The notes: generated from the letters alone by a model not told the origin. A stretch of DNA of 63,947 bases, filler included, from Octopus bimaculoides (GCF_001194135.2; 6 parts of 6 records of this genome joined end to end with filler, not necessarily neighbours in it); one strand, 5' to 3'. Positions 1 through 13,440 are shown, counted from the first letter of the whole stretch. Numbers and translations are program-made.

Positions 1-918
1 GAAACCTAGCCTGAATAGGAAACTAGAATGGAACACTAACACACACCACTAACAAACCACAAACCACAGCATGTGACAACATGTTACCCATAAACCAATA
101 ATAATATGAACAAAGTATAATACAATACATAGATAAACAAATGGAATTAAATACTACATACGTTAACAAAATTTAATTAAAAACAAAAAAAAACAAAAAA
201 AACAAACAAACACACACACACACATGAACAAATAAATAAATAAAAACAAATACAAACGAACACGTATTAACAGAGTATATAGGTGATACAGACACTCCCC
301 ATACACACATGCACTTACAAAAGACACAGACACATTGAAAGACACGCATGTNNNNNNNNNNNNNNNNNNNNNNNNNNNNNNNNNNNNNNNNNNNNNNNNN
401 NNNNNNNNNNNNNNNNNNNNNNNNNNNNNNNNNNNNNNNNNNNNNNNNNNNNNNNNNNNNNNNNNNNNNNNNNNNNNNNNNNNNNNNNNNNNNNNNNNNN
501 NNNNNNNNNNNNNNNNNNNNNNNNNNNNNNNNNNNNNNNNNNNNNNNNNNNNNNNNNNNNNNNNNNNNNNNNNNNNNNNNNNNNNNNNNNNNNNNNNNNN
601 NNNNNNNNNNNNNNNNNNNNNNNNNNNNNNNNNNNNNNNNNNNNNNNNNNNNNNNNNNNNNNNNNNNNNNNNNNNNNNNNNNNNNNNNNNNNNNNNNNNN
701 NNNNNNNNNNNNNNNNNNNNNNNNNNNNNNNNNNNNNNNNNNNNNNNNNNNNNNNNNNNNNNNNNNNNNNNNNNNNNNNNNNNNNNNNNNNNNNNNNNNN
801 NNNNNNNNNNNNNNNNNNNNNNNNNNNNNNNNNNNNNNNNNNNNNNNNNNNNNNNNNNNNNNNNNNNNNNNNNNNNNNNNNNNNNNNNNNNNNNNNNNNN
901 NNNNNNNNNNNNNNNNNT

Positions 919-1157
919 TTCACCACAACTTTCTCTCACTATTACTTCCTGTTTCTGTTGTGCCTGTAATTCAAAGGGTCAGCCTTGTCACACTGTGTCA
1001 CGCTAAATATCCCCGAGAACTACGTTATGGGTACACGTTTCTGTGGAGTGCTCAGCCACTTGCACGTTAATTTCACGAGCAGGCTGTTCCGTTGATCGGA
1101 TCAACTGGAACCCTCGACATCGTAAGCGACGGAGCGCCAACAACAACAAACAACAAC
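919..1157 (+). mobile_element. SINE family A, 3' half (5' lost in gap)
   Basis: Near-identical to 10933-11162, with a (CAA)n tail. Confidence 0.85.
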
Positions 1158-1399
1158 ATATATATCATCATCATCATTCAACATCCATTTTCCATGCTGG
1201 CATGAGTTGAGCAGTTTGACCAGATCTAATACATCCAAGGATTGCCTCAAGCTCCAATGTCTGCCTTGGCATGCCTATTAAGACTGGACGTCCTCCCTAA
1301 CACCAACCACTTTACAGTGGAATATATATGAACATGGTAATTCTACAAATCTCCCTAAACTTTTCCAACATTTTTTTTATCATTCAGTAGGGCTAGGCA

Positions 1400-2290
1400 A
1401 TTTTAGTAGCTCACTGCAGGAGCTAGTCCCCCAGGCATAACAAGAATTTATGACTGATTGTTTGTGGGAGCTCCTCTATGCTGATGGCCTGAATCTGTAG
1501 TAGAATTAGAAAATGAACTTCAGGTTTGGAAGCAAAACTGGAATCAAAGGGCTATAAAGTTTTAGCAGGAAAGCAGATAGGATACTTCTCCAAAACAGAT
1601 AGAATACTTCTCCAATTTGGAAAATGGTCCTACTTGATATGTAGAAAAAGTGCTTCATTCTTGCTTTTACTCTATGCTCTTGCTTGACGGGATTGTGGTC
1701 ATCCCAGGTTAGTGATACCAGAGACATTATCAAATGTAGAGCCGATCAGGTTCACCAGTGCTCTCCATTACTGGTGGTCCTGTGCCAGCCCCTTCTGCAT
1801 CCAAGGTGGTGTGGTGCCTTTGGAGATTTTCCTTAATCATGTCCAGCCATCTGGTGCAGGGCCTTCCACAAGGCCTCTTCCAGCTCACAACTGCTGCATC
1901 AAATGAGAGTAAAGCCCTAATAGGATGATCTAGCAGGTGACAGTGGACATGTCCATACCAGCACATGTGACAGGACAGACATGTAGAAAAAGTGGAGGTA
2001 GAAATTCCATACAGGGTACTCAATGCAGACCATGGACACATGTGATGTAGTGGAATCATAGGAAGGTTAACAGAGAGAGTGGTCTTTATCTGTGGCAGAT
2101 GCAGAGCAGCAATAGATACTGAGAACCCATAGTAAATAGATTTTGTCAAGTGTCCAGAAGGTTCACTAGAAGCAGTAGACAGCTTCTATTATCTAGGTGA
2201 CCTAATTAGCAGTAGAGAAGTATGTTCTGAAAGCATAGTTGCTAGAATGAAAACAGGAAGGAGAAAGATTAGACCTATTACCTCTGTTTG
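1400..2290 (+). mobile_element. Decayed RTE reverse transcriptase fragment, interrupted by an inverted RTE 3' piece (~1700-2060, minus)
   Basis: Plus strand: WELLYADG (YADD-like) and later LEAVDSFYYLGDLISS...SESIVAR. Minus-strand insert: WYGHV...GRPCTRWLDMIKENL. Confidence 0.75.
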
Positions 2291-3149
2291 GTAACTAAAG
2301 GCCAGATTTAAAATGACAGCGTATAGCTTCTAACAAATATTTTAGTTAGATGCTCAACTTTATTTATCATAATTTATTTCACAGATATCAAAAATAACAT
2401 CCAAACTTTAATAGATCACATCAGAAATGCAAATGTTTGAAACACAGACAACACAAAACACATTAGCATGATAATAGTACTTGTCCTGCTTTATTGCAGT
2501 ATAATCTAGTATTTCGCAGGGTGTGTGACAAGTCTGTAGTTTCTTTAATTATTTCTATGTAAATGTTGTGTGATGAAAGTTTCCATAATTTAGTACAACA
2601 GTGATACAAAAGAAAACTGGTAAACGTTTGTATCTAAAAATGTTTGCTATTTTTTAAATTTCAAAAAAACAGTGAAACACTGCAAAGTTGTTAAAGGCAA
2701 CAATTGGAACAATATCTTGCAACATTACATGCCACAATAACAACTTCAACCAATATACAGGACTCTAATAGCAGCAAAACCTTTCCTAGAATAGTCATTA
2801 AAATGAACACAAGACAAAAACACCCTCTATGATTTTGGCCCTTCATTCCATTACACATCACAAAAGCAACGGGAAAATCAGTAAACTCAAGCAACAAAAA
2901 TATCTCAAACATACAAATAAAATCAGAAGGAATAATTATATTAACCAGCAATTTGAGCCATTGTCAAACATTATCATGATTAAAGATGAGAGTAAATGAA
3001 GTGAAGAATGTGTCAGAAGAAGAAAATTGCAATTTATGAAAGATATTGCAGTGCATACAACCCTTAAGAATAATCTCTCTCATTCTGCTAACTATCAAAT
3101 TATTTCTCACACTTCCAACATTTCAAAGGTATAAGAAATTGTTATTAAC

Positions 3150-3900
3150 AATCCCCTTTACTAAAACCTAGAATCTCCCTCCTCAGTTATCACCAGTAAA
3201 GCTTCCATATAGCAAAATCTGGAAAGCCATTTATTAGTGGCTCCTTGATCTTGAGAATTTCAGTGAAAGCACTGTGTCTGCACTTGACATCAGTAAAGCA
3301 TTTGTCAGTGTCATGTATCTCCTGACTAAGCTACCTGCCTGTGAGCTTCATTTGTCTCTTGTACTGGAAGCTTCATTTCTGACCATGTCACTGCAGAATA
3401 TGTTGATGGGGTTTTGTCTGACCAACAAGTTACTATCTATGATGTACTCTGAGATTATGTCCCTTGACTCACATCTTCCTGTACATAGAGTAGCTGTCAC
3501 CTCTAGCACCACCCACACCAGTGCAGATGCTGCTGTTCTTCACTCTTAGCTGACTTTCACATGTGGGCGTTATCCATATAAAATCTAAGCACCTCACATC
3601 AAATTTGCATTGCCTCCATAAACAGAAACCTCAAAAATATTCTCCAGCAATGTCAGAGTAATTTTGTTCCTTTCTGAGCACAAACACAAAAAAAAAATCA
3701 GAAAACAGCACAGCTCCCATGACTTTCAGAAACATTTTTTCACACTAAGAGTTGCTGAAGTATGGAGCAAACTGCCAGCATCAGTTGTTAGTTGTCAGAG
3801 TACTGCATCCTTCAAAACTTCCATGCTTCCTGAGATCCACCAACACTACACCTCATTTTCTCCCCTCCATACACACACACAAGCATGTATCTGACTCATA
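3150..3900 (+). mobile_element. Decayed CR1/L2-group LINE ORF2 fragment
   Basis: ALDISKAF (RT motif) and HFFTLRVAEVWSKLPASVV...SFK (CR1-type C-terminus), with large internal deletions. Confidence 0.75.
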
Positions 3901-3997
3901 CACTGTTCACTTTCCAGACGTTTGTATATTACTGCATATGCTTTATATGCACTTTTGACAAGTTGTAGTGCACCTGAGCACTGTATACAATAATTTC

Positions 3998-4020
3998 ATT
4001 ATTATTATTATTATTATTAC

Positions 4021-4059
<39 letters not shown>
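3998..4059. repeat. (ATT)n microsatellite
   Basis: Direct. Other (TTA)n arrays lie at ~26528-26591, 32134-32187, 44448-44542 and 44903-45010. Confidence 0.95.
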
Positions 4060-4060
<1 letters not shown>

Positions 4061-4593
4061 AAATCATATAAATAACCATATACTTCATCCTCATAATTCT
4101 TGGACAAAAATTAAAACTCTCAAAAATCACTAATTTTTCTCCTTGAATTACATATTCTTGTTAGGTGTTCCTATGGAAGCATTTAAATGCAACATGAAAA
4201 TTTTAGGAATCAGTTATCAATTTTAGTATGCTGTCAATTAAATTGATCATCTGAGCTTGATGGGGCACCTATTAACAAGGCATGCTGGTTTATTGATAAA
4301 CTTGAGAGTCTGTTGTCACCATTTATAGATACATGACTGCAGGATCAGGATAAAATTCCTCAACTTGAGACTTCAACTCCAGCAGCTATAGTGTGTTTTA
4401 AAAGATGAGTTAGATGTTCAGTTTCAGGGTAAATAATGCACAAGGACATTTTTGGTAAATATTTAACGTATTTAAGATTTTATCACTAGCATCTATCTAC
4501 AGAAAATGTAACAAATAGTGAAAGAAAGAAATCCCTTCACATGTCACAACAATTAGAAATTAGGAAATATCACTGATTTCTCTTGCTTTAACA

Positions 4594-4859
4594 CAGTGGT
4601 TCCCAAAGTAGATGGTACTACCCCATTGTGGGTGGCAGAAAGATCAAGAGGGGCATTGAAAAAAAGTGGGGCAATAATAGAGTGGCTGAAAGTAGGTGAT
4701 GGATGTAACCCCACGACAATAATGGGTTAATTAGATTAAGTTTTATTTGTGAAATACTGTTGTTTTGAATCTGCTGCAGAAAGTGGTCTACGTTTGTGAT
4801 GCTGAATGGAGGGGACACTAGGAATGTGGCAGTAGCCTAAAAAAGTTCGGGAACCACTG
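4594..4859. mobile_element. hAT-superfamily MITE
   Basis: TIRs cagtggttccc(a/g)aa and a perfect 8-bp TSD ctttaaca at 4586-4593 and 4860-4867. Confidence 0.9.
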
Positions 4860-5624
4860 CTTTAACAGAATCCATGACAAAAATTACTTATTTGACAGTA
4901 ATTTAACATTTCAAGTTTGTCAAATAAAGAGCAGTTCTAGCAGAAGTAAAAAGTAAGGAGGCCTTAACTTCATAACAACTGCAAAAGGAAGAACTAAAAC
5001 TGTTCAGAATTTTACATTTAACAAATATTGTTCTAGAATTAATCTGAGTAAGCTTGACCAGATGAGATTTTAGGATAAGTCGCTAGCATTGTGTTAATAG
5101 CATTCAATCATACTATAAAAACCAACAGGAGATTTTGTGTGCTGTGATTAAAGAAAATTGAGGATATCCTTTAATCAATTTAAAAGAGATATTTATCATC
5201 AGCTGACATAGTTGGTATTGTATTGGAAAAAAAAATTAAGGAAGATATTTATTTTATACTTAAGCAGCCTGTATAACATATTCATTAGATTGATAAACTG
5301 TTACTACATGTGTATACGTATGTCAGTGCAATATATCATGCATTTTTTTATCATTAGTTATTAAGTACATTAAAATATTCATATTTATTTTTACTCTAAA
5401 TAAGTCTCATATTAAATACTTCAGCTTTCAACTTCAAGCAATATTATGCAACCAGTCAAAAATATGTAATTACAACTTATTAAAAGTAAAATTCACAAAT
5501 TTAAATCCTTAACTAGTTTACAAATTCTAGTCATTTTTAAAATAGTACACGTTCAGAATTTTCCACAGGAGGCAGAGGACTATCAGATGTAAGCATAGGA
5601 GTATGAAGAAGAATAAGTTTTGAT

Positions 5625-5944
5625 CTATTTTGTGTTTTCTTGAACTACAGTTGGCCTATTTACTGCTCCAGTTTGGATTGACTTTATATCACAAGTAACC
5701 AGCATAGCATGATGCAAGTCATATCTGCAGGGAGCTAGATCTCTAGAAGAAACCATCTTTTTCTTATTATTTATGAACCTGAAATGAGCATAATTGGGAT
5801 TAGCCTCTAAAAGTTTTTTGGTTTCCCCTAGCAATTTGAATTTTGAATTAGGTAAATGATAATGCAGATAAACCTTAGCAAGTTCAGTCAAATAGAGAGC
5901 ATTGATCCAATAGGAGGTCTTTTTGTGAGGTATCTCATTAACAG
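5625..5944 (-). CDS. Candidate terminal coding exon of an unidentified spliced gene
   Basis: A 110-codon non-repetitive open frame in AT-rich DNA. The acceptor ttgctatatacag| precedes (A)VNEIPHKKTSYWINALYLTELAKVYL...QENTK*. No confident family assignment. Confidence 0.4.
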
Positions 5945-6464
5945 CTGTATATAGCAATGATAATGTAGCATTCTAAAATGCTTAACCTTTTACATTCAAA
6001 GGCTAATTTTATGTAATTTCAGGTAATCCCGTTATACTATACACACTGCAATTACTATAAGGGATTCATAGGGATTGTATGTTTTGCAGAAACCCATGGT
6101 TATTTAGTAATTGTTTTAATCTGTTAGAAACTAACGAAGCCTGATCTTATCTGAAAACTACTAGAATGCTGTTATTTATTTATTCAGATAAGATCACGCT
6201 TCATTAGTTTCTAACAGATTAAAACAATTGCTAAATAACCATGGTTTCTGCAAGGATACAAATACCTTTGCTGTTAGGAAGTGTCTAAATCATCCCAACA
6301 TAGATAGGCGAATGGAAACAAGAAATATCAATGATTATAGTAAGTACACATATATATAGTTGAACGATTAGAACAAAGAAGAGGGTTTTTTTTAAATATC
6401 AAACATTCAAATGGATGGGTAACTTTTATAACAAAAGTAGCTTTCGGATGATAAAAGTTTTAAG

Positions 6465-7325
6465 ATCATCATTTAATGTCTGTTGTCCATACTAGTATGG
6501 TTTGGATGATTTGACCAGGGCTGGTATGCTGGAAGGCTGCACTACACTCCAGTCTGATTTGGCATGGTTTTCTATAGCTGTATCCCCTTCCTAATGCCAA
6601 CCACTCTGAGAGTGTAATGGGTGCTTTTACGTGCCACCAGTATGGGTGCCATTTGCATAACACCAGTATCTTCCACAACTACGATTTTCCTTGGCTTGAA
6701 GGGTCTTCTTCTCAAGCATGACATAATGTCAAAGGTCTCAGTCATTGCCTCCATGAGGCCTAACACTTGAAAGGAACTCAGCCACTTTGCTTCTGTGAGG
6801 CCCAACTCTTGAAACGAACTCAGCCAATTTGCCTCAGTGAAGCCCAACACTCGAGGAGAACTCAACCTCTTTGCCTTCATGAGGCCCAACACTCAAAAGG
6901 TGCTCTTTATATGCTACTGGCACAGGTGCCAGTTATGTGACACCAGTATCAGCCATGATTACGATTTCACTTGGCTTGACAGGTCTTCTCAAGCACAGCA
7001 AACCACCAATGGTCTCTGTCACCAGTCATTGCCTCTGTGAAGCTCAAAGTTCAAAGATCATGCTTCACCACCTTATCCCATGTCTTCCTGGGTCTACCTC
7101 TACCAGAGGTTCCCTCCACAGTTAGAGAGAAGCACTTCTTTACATACACAGCTGTCCTCGTCCATATGCATCACATGACCATACCAGCACAGTCATCTTT
7201 CTTGCACACTGCATCTGATGCCTCTTATGCTTAAATTTGCTCTCAAGATGCTTATACTTTGTCGAACATGCACACTGACATTGCACATCCAGCAAAGCAT
7301 ACTGGCTCATTTCTTTCCAGCCTAC
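6465..7325 (-). mobile_element. RTE-clade LINE 3' end (ORF C-terminus, 3' UTR and (GAT)n tail)
   Basis: The reverse strand encodes a degenerate ...WYGHVMHMDEDS...GTSGRGRPRKTWDKVVKHDL...FTEAMT typical of RTE ORF ends. A UTR ending agtggttggcattaggaagggg...gatgat follows. Confidence 0.85.
6740..6900. repeat. Degenerate 42-bp tandem repeat x4 in the RTE 3' UTR
   Basis: Units such as agccactttgcttctgtgaggcccaactcttgaaacgaactc; the minus frame reads SSFQELGLTEAKWL (14 aa = 42 nt). Confidence 0.8.
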
Positions 7326-7519
7326 ACATGTCCTCGGCTGTCAGAGACCATATTTAATTTTTATTACATACATGCCTATTGATACATAGATTATATACTT
7401 TAAAAACATAAACCACTTTGGTATACTAAAATGTACAGAAGAATAAATGTCGCTTGGTATAAAACTAGTTATAACTAAATTTAAGGATCATAAAAAAAAT
7501 GTTAATTTTTATTATTTTT

Positions 7520-7750
7520 TTAAAGCACCATTTGGGCATGGTCATTGCCAGTACCGCCTGACTGGCCCTCATGCTGGTGGCATGTAAAAAGTACCCACTA
7601 CACTCTCAGAGTGGTTGGCGTTAGGAAGGGCATCCAGCTTGCCAGAACAAACTGGTGCAGTTTCCTGGCTTACCAGTCCTCAGTCAAACCATCCAACCCA
7701 TGCCAGCATGGAAAGCAGACATTAAACAATAATGATGATGATGACGATGA
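7520..7750 (+). mobile_element. RTE-tail element/SINE with (GAT)n tail
   Basis: gagtggttggcgttaggaagggcatccagc...catgccagcatggaaagcagacattaaa(tga)n, the same tail as 6465-6620, 1170-1320 and 55415-55500 (minus). Confidence 0.75.
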
Positions 7751-7774
7751 TGATGATATATATATATATTCTGG

Positions 7775-7870
7775 GCTGAGGTGGTGAGGCAAGACCTTCG
7801 TACATTGGGCCTCACCGAGGCGATGACTACGGACCGAGACCTTTGGAAATGGGCTGTGCGTGAGAAGACC
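7775..7870 (+). mobile_element. RTE ORF C-terminal fragment
   Basis: Encodes EVVRQDLRTLGLTEAMTTDRDLWKWAVREKT, homologous to the end of the 6465-7325 element. Truncated by an artificial spacer. Confidence 0.8.
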
Positions 7871-8031
7871 NNNNNNNNNNNNNNNNNNNNNNNNNNNNNN
7901 NNNNNNNNNNNNNNTTAATTAATTAANNNNNNNNNNNNNNNNNNNNNNNNNNNNNNNNNNNNNNNNNNNNATATATATATATGTACATATATATATACAT
8001 ATATATATATATGTGTATGTATATGTATATA

Positions 8032-8080
<49 letters not shown>

Positions 8081-8362
8081 GTACATCTTTATATATATGC
8101 ATGTATATACGTATATATATGTACGTATAAATTGTGCGTAAATTGATTGATTTCCATGATCACTTCTGTTGGTTGAAATGTTTTAACAGGAAAACAAACA
8201 TGGATGGCAATGTTAAGCTGGATAATTAAATGGTAATTTCACGTAATTTGATCTTTCCTTTATTCTGTCTTCCACGCTTTAACCTGCTTATTGTTGTAAT
8301 TCTTGTTTCGCAGATGATGATGGTGATGATACTTTTATTGCTGCTTTTGCTATTGAACTCAG

Positions 8363-8493
8363 TCTTCTTCTTCTTCTTCTTCTTCTTCTTCTTCTTCTTC
8401 TTCTTCTTCTTCTTCTTCTTCTTCTTCTTCTTCTTCATTTTCTTCTTCTTTATCTTCTTCTTCTTCTTCTTCTTCTTCTTCTTCTTCTTCTTC
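8363..8493. repeat. (TTC)n microsatellite
   Basis: Direct. A (TTTC)n tract follows the gap at ~8940-9030. Confidence 0.95.
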
Positions 8494-8947
8494 TCGTTCN
8501 NNNNNNNNNNNNNNNNNNNNNNNNNNNNNNNNNNNNNNNNNNNNNNNNNNNNNNNNNNNNNNNNNNNNNNNNNNNNNNNNNNNNNNNNNNNNNNNNNNNN
8601 NNNNNNNNNNNNNNNNNNNNNNNNNNNNNNNNNNNNNNNNNNNNNNNNNNNNNNNNNNNNNNNNNNNNNNNNNNNNNNNNNNNNNNNNNNNNNNNNNNNN
8701 NNNNNNNNNNNNNNNNNNNNNNNNNNNNNNNNNNNNNNNNNNNNNNNNNNNNNNNNNNNNNNNNNNNNNNNNNNNNNNNNNNNNNNNNNNNNNNNNNNNN
8801 NNNNNNNNNNNNNNNNNNNNNNNNNNNNNNNNNNNNNNNNNNNNNNNNNNNNNNNNNNNNNNNNNNNNNNNNNNNNNNNNNNNNNNNNNNNNNNNNNNNN
8901 NNNNNNNNNNNNNNNNNNNNNNNNNNCACCATCGTTCAACTTCTTTT

Positions 8948-9001
<54 letters not shown>

Positions 9002-10316
9002 TTCTTTCCTTCCTTCCTTCCTTTCTTTCTCTGAAATCAACTTAATACAATGTGTCAACATGTCATGCCGTTCCTCGTCAGTAGTGTCATCCGAATGTCC
9101 ACATCAAACTTCATGAATAAGTCAAAAATGATTAGATGTTGTCTTTTTTTTTAAAACCTTTTTGGTGCTGTTAATTTTGTTCCCTTTAGTCTTTTATGTA
9201 TTTTTCTTTTTACTTTTAATTCTAAAACAAAGTTACTTGCACTTGTTAAAAATATGTTTCAAACAAGAATATAACATAAGAGAATAAGAAAAAGAAATAA
9301 TTCTGCTTCCTATGTTTGTCCTAAGCACAATTTCATTCAATGAAGAATAAGGTAATTAGCTTGCTAATTGATATTTTATGCTACTTAGAAAACATAAATT
9401 TTCACCATCCTCGCGTTGACAAACAAACAGCACAACAACGAACGAACGAACAAATAAATAAATCTAAGAAAATTAGAGAAAAATTATAAAACATCCAACA
9501 ATGACGGTAAAAAAAAGAAATATAATTGAAAGATAACCCAAAAGAAAAAATAAGAAAGTTAGCAGTGAAGGAAAGAGGCACGAAAATGGAAAAATGATAA
9601 AGAATAACAACACATATGTATGTGTGTGTATATCGATTAACAAGAGTAAAAATGTCACTTTCCATTATTGATAAGATTAGTTAGTAGTAACATTAATGCA
9701 AATTTAGTCTAATTTAAATATTTAGACACTTCCTAATTTCTCAATAGTAGAGAGTTGCAAAAGTAACTGCATTAGCAACAGTAACAACAGTAATAAAAAG
9801 AGCACGCAATAATATAAAAATAAACAATGTAAATATTAGAGTAAAAGCTAAAAAGTATAATTAAGTAAAAAAAAAAAAACAACCAAAAACGCGCGATGTA
9901 TTTAGCATAAAATCTGTTAGAAAACGAAGAATTCTGAAATTTAGCTCTATCTGTTGATTCAGTGTTATTCTACTGATAGTATAAAAACGTCTTTTACAAT
10001 ATTTATATTTGTTTTTATGGCTATTCAACGCCTTATTTTATTGAGTCTTGGCAACCTTCTACCGTTGAAGGTAGCGCTCAGAGATCGAACTTATGTTCAC
10101 CACCAGTTACTAGGGAACCTCTACTTCGTCAGTTGACCTGTTCAGAAATAACAGTCGAATATTATTATCAAGTTACTGAATATTCTCATTGAATAATAAA
10201 ATCCCTATCGGCAATCTCTTGGTCAATAAGATGATTACCCTTCAAATTTGCGAATCTGTAGGGCACCTGTACGTAGTCTTTTGTACTGAAGTGTTGCAAC
10301 TTATTATCCATAGAAA

Positions 10317-10605
10317 GGTAACTTGGGCAAGTGTCTTCTACTATAGCCTCGGGCCTATCAAAGCCTTTTGAGTGCGTTTGGTAGACAGAAACTGTATATA
10401 TATCTATGTATGAGTGTATGTCTTTTTGTTTGCGTTTATCCCTCATCATGGCTTGACAACCGGTGTTTGTGTTTACGTCCCCGTAACATATCGATAGAAG
10501 TACTAGGCTTAAAAAAGTCTTGGGGTCGACTTCAAAAACCTTTCAAGGTGGTGCTCCAACATGGTCGTAGTCAAATGACTGAAACAAGTAAAAAGAAAAC
10601 AAAAG
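10317..10605 (+). mobile_element. SINE family B copy (5'-truncated)
   Basis: ttgggcaagtgtcttctactatagcctcggg...gtttacgtccccgtaac...aatgactgaaacaagtaaaa. Confidence 0.8.
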
Positions 10606-10775
10606 AATACATACATACATGCATACATACATACTGACATACGGCGCCATCACCTTAACACGTGCAATCGTAGAGGACCGTTTAAAAATATTTTTGAATG
10701 TTTCCTTCTACACTTATTCCGACTTTCCAGCCTAAAGCACTAACTGGTTTATTTCGCTCATTATAAATAAGAGAA

Positions 10776-11162
10776 TTGGAGGCGCAATGGCCCAGTGGTT
10801 AGGGCAGCGGACACGCGGTCATAGGATCGCGGTTTCGATTCCCAGACCGGGCGTTGTGTGTGTTTATTGAGATAAAACACCTAAAACTCCACAAGGCTCC
10901 GGAAGGGGATGGTGGCGAACCCTGCTGTACTCTTTCACCACAACTTTCTCTCACTCTTACTTCCTGTTTTTGTTGTGCCTGTAATTCAAAGGGTCAGCTT
11001 TGTCACACTGTGTCACGCTGAATATCCCCGAGAACTACGTTAAGGGTACACGTGTTTGTGGAGTGCTCAGCCACTTTCACGTTAATTTCACGAGCAGGCT
11101 GTTCCGTTGATCGGATCAACTGGAACTCTCGACGTCGTAAGCGACGGAGTGCCAACAACAAC
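10776..11162 (+). mobile_element. Full-length tRNA-derived SINE (family A) with target-site duplication
   Basis: A box TGGCCCAGTGG, B box GGTTTCGATTCC and a (CAA)n tail. The 11-bp TSD aaataagagaa lies at 10765-10775 and 11163-11173. The 3' part is near-identical to 919-1157. Confidence 0.9.
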
Positions 11163-13228
11163 AAATAAGAGAAACACCTTTTACCTAACCAGCATAGCGT
11201 TATTGAGACCGACTTCGATGCTATGAAAAAGTTCGTGAAGACCCTTCTATCGGATATATGATGTGTTTTAAAATTAATGGGACGAATCTTACCCAAACGT
11301 AAACACCTTTGCTTTACAAATGCAATCTGTAAGCAAGACTTTCTCAGGTTTAAAATGTAACATTCGTTTCGTTATCTATATTCCAGCGATGGAAGAATTT
11401 CAGTAATTAAAACAGAAAAGAACTTGCACAAATACATACAAATAATCAGATTATTAGGAAACATGTTAAGCATATATATATATATTCATGATATACTCAT
11501 GAGAAGATCAACCTTAAAAATTAAAAAGTTTCGTGTATATTATTTAAGTAAATATTTACAATGCAAACTTCATTAATGCGGATATAAATTTTGTAAGAAA
11601 TAAATACAACGCCTTTTACAACTTGACATCACTGTCATGGCTTCGTGAAATATTTTGTCCATAATCTGATCTTTAATTTTGCCATTCTTAACATGATGTC
11701 AATACTGAAACAGTAATATTTTCAATTTCAAGAATTGCCTGCTTCAAATAACAATGACAACAGTGCGCTTACAATGCAATATATATTAAGAACGAATTTC
11801 TTAATATTGTTGACAGCCTAACCACTTAATTGTCAATTCAAACATTGCTAGAAGGATCTTTATTGTATTACATATTTCCTAAGGTCTACTTCTTTATATT
11901 ATTGAGGTTATTGTAATTTTGTTTAATGTGAAATTTGTTCTTCGTTAATAGCAATAATGAAATTGACAGCGAGAAGACGGAAAATAAAAGCGTATTGAAA
12001 TTTGATTCAACATCTTCAAGGAGTTTTCGAATAATCTGAAAACAAAGGTCACAGACAGTCTGTATGATTCCACTTTTACTTTAAGTATTAAGGTTGATGG
12101 GAAAGAAATAAGTAAAATAAGTGTCACTGCGAAGAATAAGTTTAGATTTTGATAACTATTAGAAGTCGTCGTGGTTCTACAATTAAATGATAATGGCTTC
12201 TGATATAGACAGCTTACACATCGGATGATGGACACTCGATTGTATTAACCTCAGTATTTGATTGGTACTTTGTTATAGTGATCTCGGAAGGATGAACAAT
12301 TCAGCTATCACCGACGGTTTAGGAACTCAGGTTATGAAAGGGCGTAACTCTATACAACAGATGTCTGCCTGCGTACTGGCACTATCATTTAATTCACGCA
12401 CATTATTAAAAAATAATTCCTAGCTTTGGCTGATGGTCATAAATCTTGAAGGATGGAAGTAGTTCAATTAACTTAAGAATAATAATCCTACTTATTTTAT
12501 TGACTACTGATGATAGACAGATAAAGATTTCTCTGCAAAAATCTTAACTAAGATGCATAGAAACGAAACTAAATACTCTAAATATCTAATCCGGTACTTT
12601 ACCATTTCTGATATTCTACCAACGCGAAAATACTACGAATTACTGGAATAGTTAAAATCTTCGAACAGAATTCCATCCGATATCGTTTTCATCATGTGTT
12701 CTAAGTTAAAATTTCGCTCAAATATAGTGCGGTTTATATTCTCCCAGTGTCATTAAATAAATTACCTGCCCAGCACTGGGCTCGATTCTTCCCTCTTTAT
12801 TTCCCCTCTGAGTTGTATATGAGAATGCTAGGTTCAGCCATGAAAAATGATGTCACATATCTATACGCTACTCAGCGTCGTAGTCGCTAATTTCACGAGA
12901 TGGACTAACGATTGAGTGCACATCTGTATACAGCTTATTTAATGATAGTTTAGGAGAGGTGTGCCGAGGGAACACTCGAACAGACTCAAACGATATTCGA
13001 ACTAGGAAGAAAGAAATGTGTATATAAATACTTAAAGGTATTTAATTCGGTGATATACCGATTCTATAGCACATTAACAATGCATTTATACTACAACACG
13101 AGTTTTAAATGTGTACAAACGTCATATTTATAGGGAGAAGTAAACGAAGTCGATAAAGCAAACTATATTACTGGTATAAATGTTATCAATCTTGAAAAAC
13201 TTAATTTTGCATTTCAGATTGTTGTTTT

Positions 13229-13310
13229 CGTATGTATGTATGTATGTATGTATGTATGTATGTATGTATGTATGTATGTATGTATGTATGTATCTGTACA
13301 TATGTGTATG

Positions 13311-13367
<57 letters not shown>

Positions 13368-13440
13368 GCATACACAAACACGCACACACACACACACATA
13401 CATATATGTTTATTTACATGCACATACATACATATGTATG
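13229..13440. repeat. Compound (TATG)n-(TA)n-(CA)n microsatellite
   Basis: Direct. Similar compound arrays lie at 22815-23010, 24315-24471, 34680-34870, 38920-39255 and 46830-47170. Confidence 0.95.

Noticed and set aside
163-1070. Long ORFs dominated by X (also at 8.2, 18.5, 24.4, 35.4, 37, 41.4, 42.6, 44 and 48.3 kb)
   Set aside because: They are open only because N runs contain no stops.
5569-5588. Plus-strand micro-exon-like signals (5569-5588; also near 8190, 30452, 33044, 40751 and 42484) and a minus-strand one at 59762-59788
   Set aside because: AG/GT-bounded short open segments are expected by chance in 64 kb of AT-rich DNA. They have no recognisable homology and form no consistent chain.
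7915-7926. TTAATTAATTAA as a recurring biological motif
   Set aside because: It is always centred in exactly 44+44 N, so it is a synthetic linker.
10186-10330. Protein-like ORF tail (DNKLQHFSTKDYVQVPYRF...) and the 11945-12235 ORF
   Set aside because: There is no recognisable family and no good splice signals, and the first runs into a SINE.
10778-10855. tRNA gene
   Set aside because: It has A/B boxes, but continues into a 300-bp body with a (CAA)n tail and TSD, so it is a SINE head.
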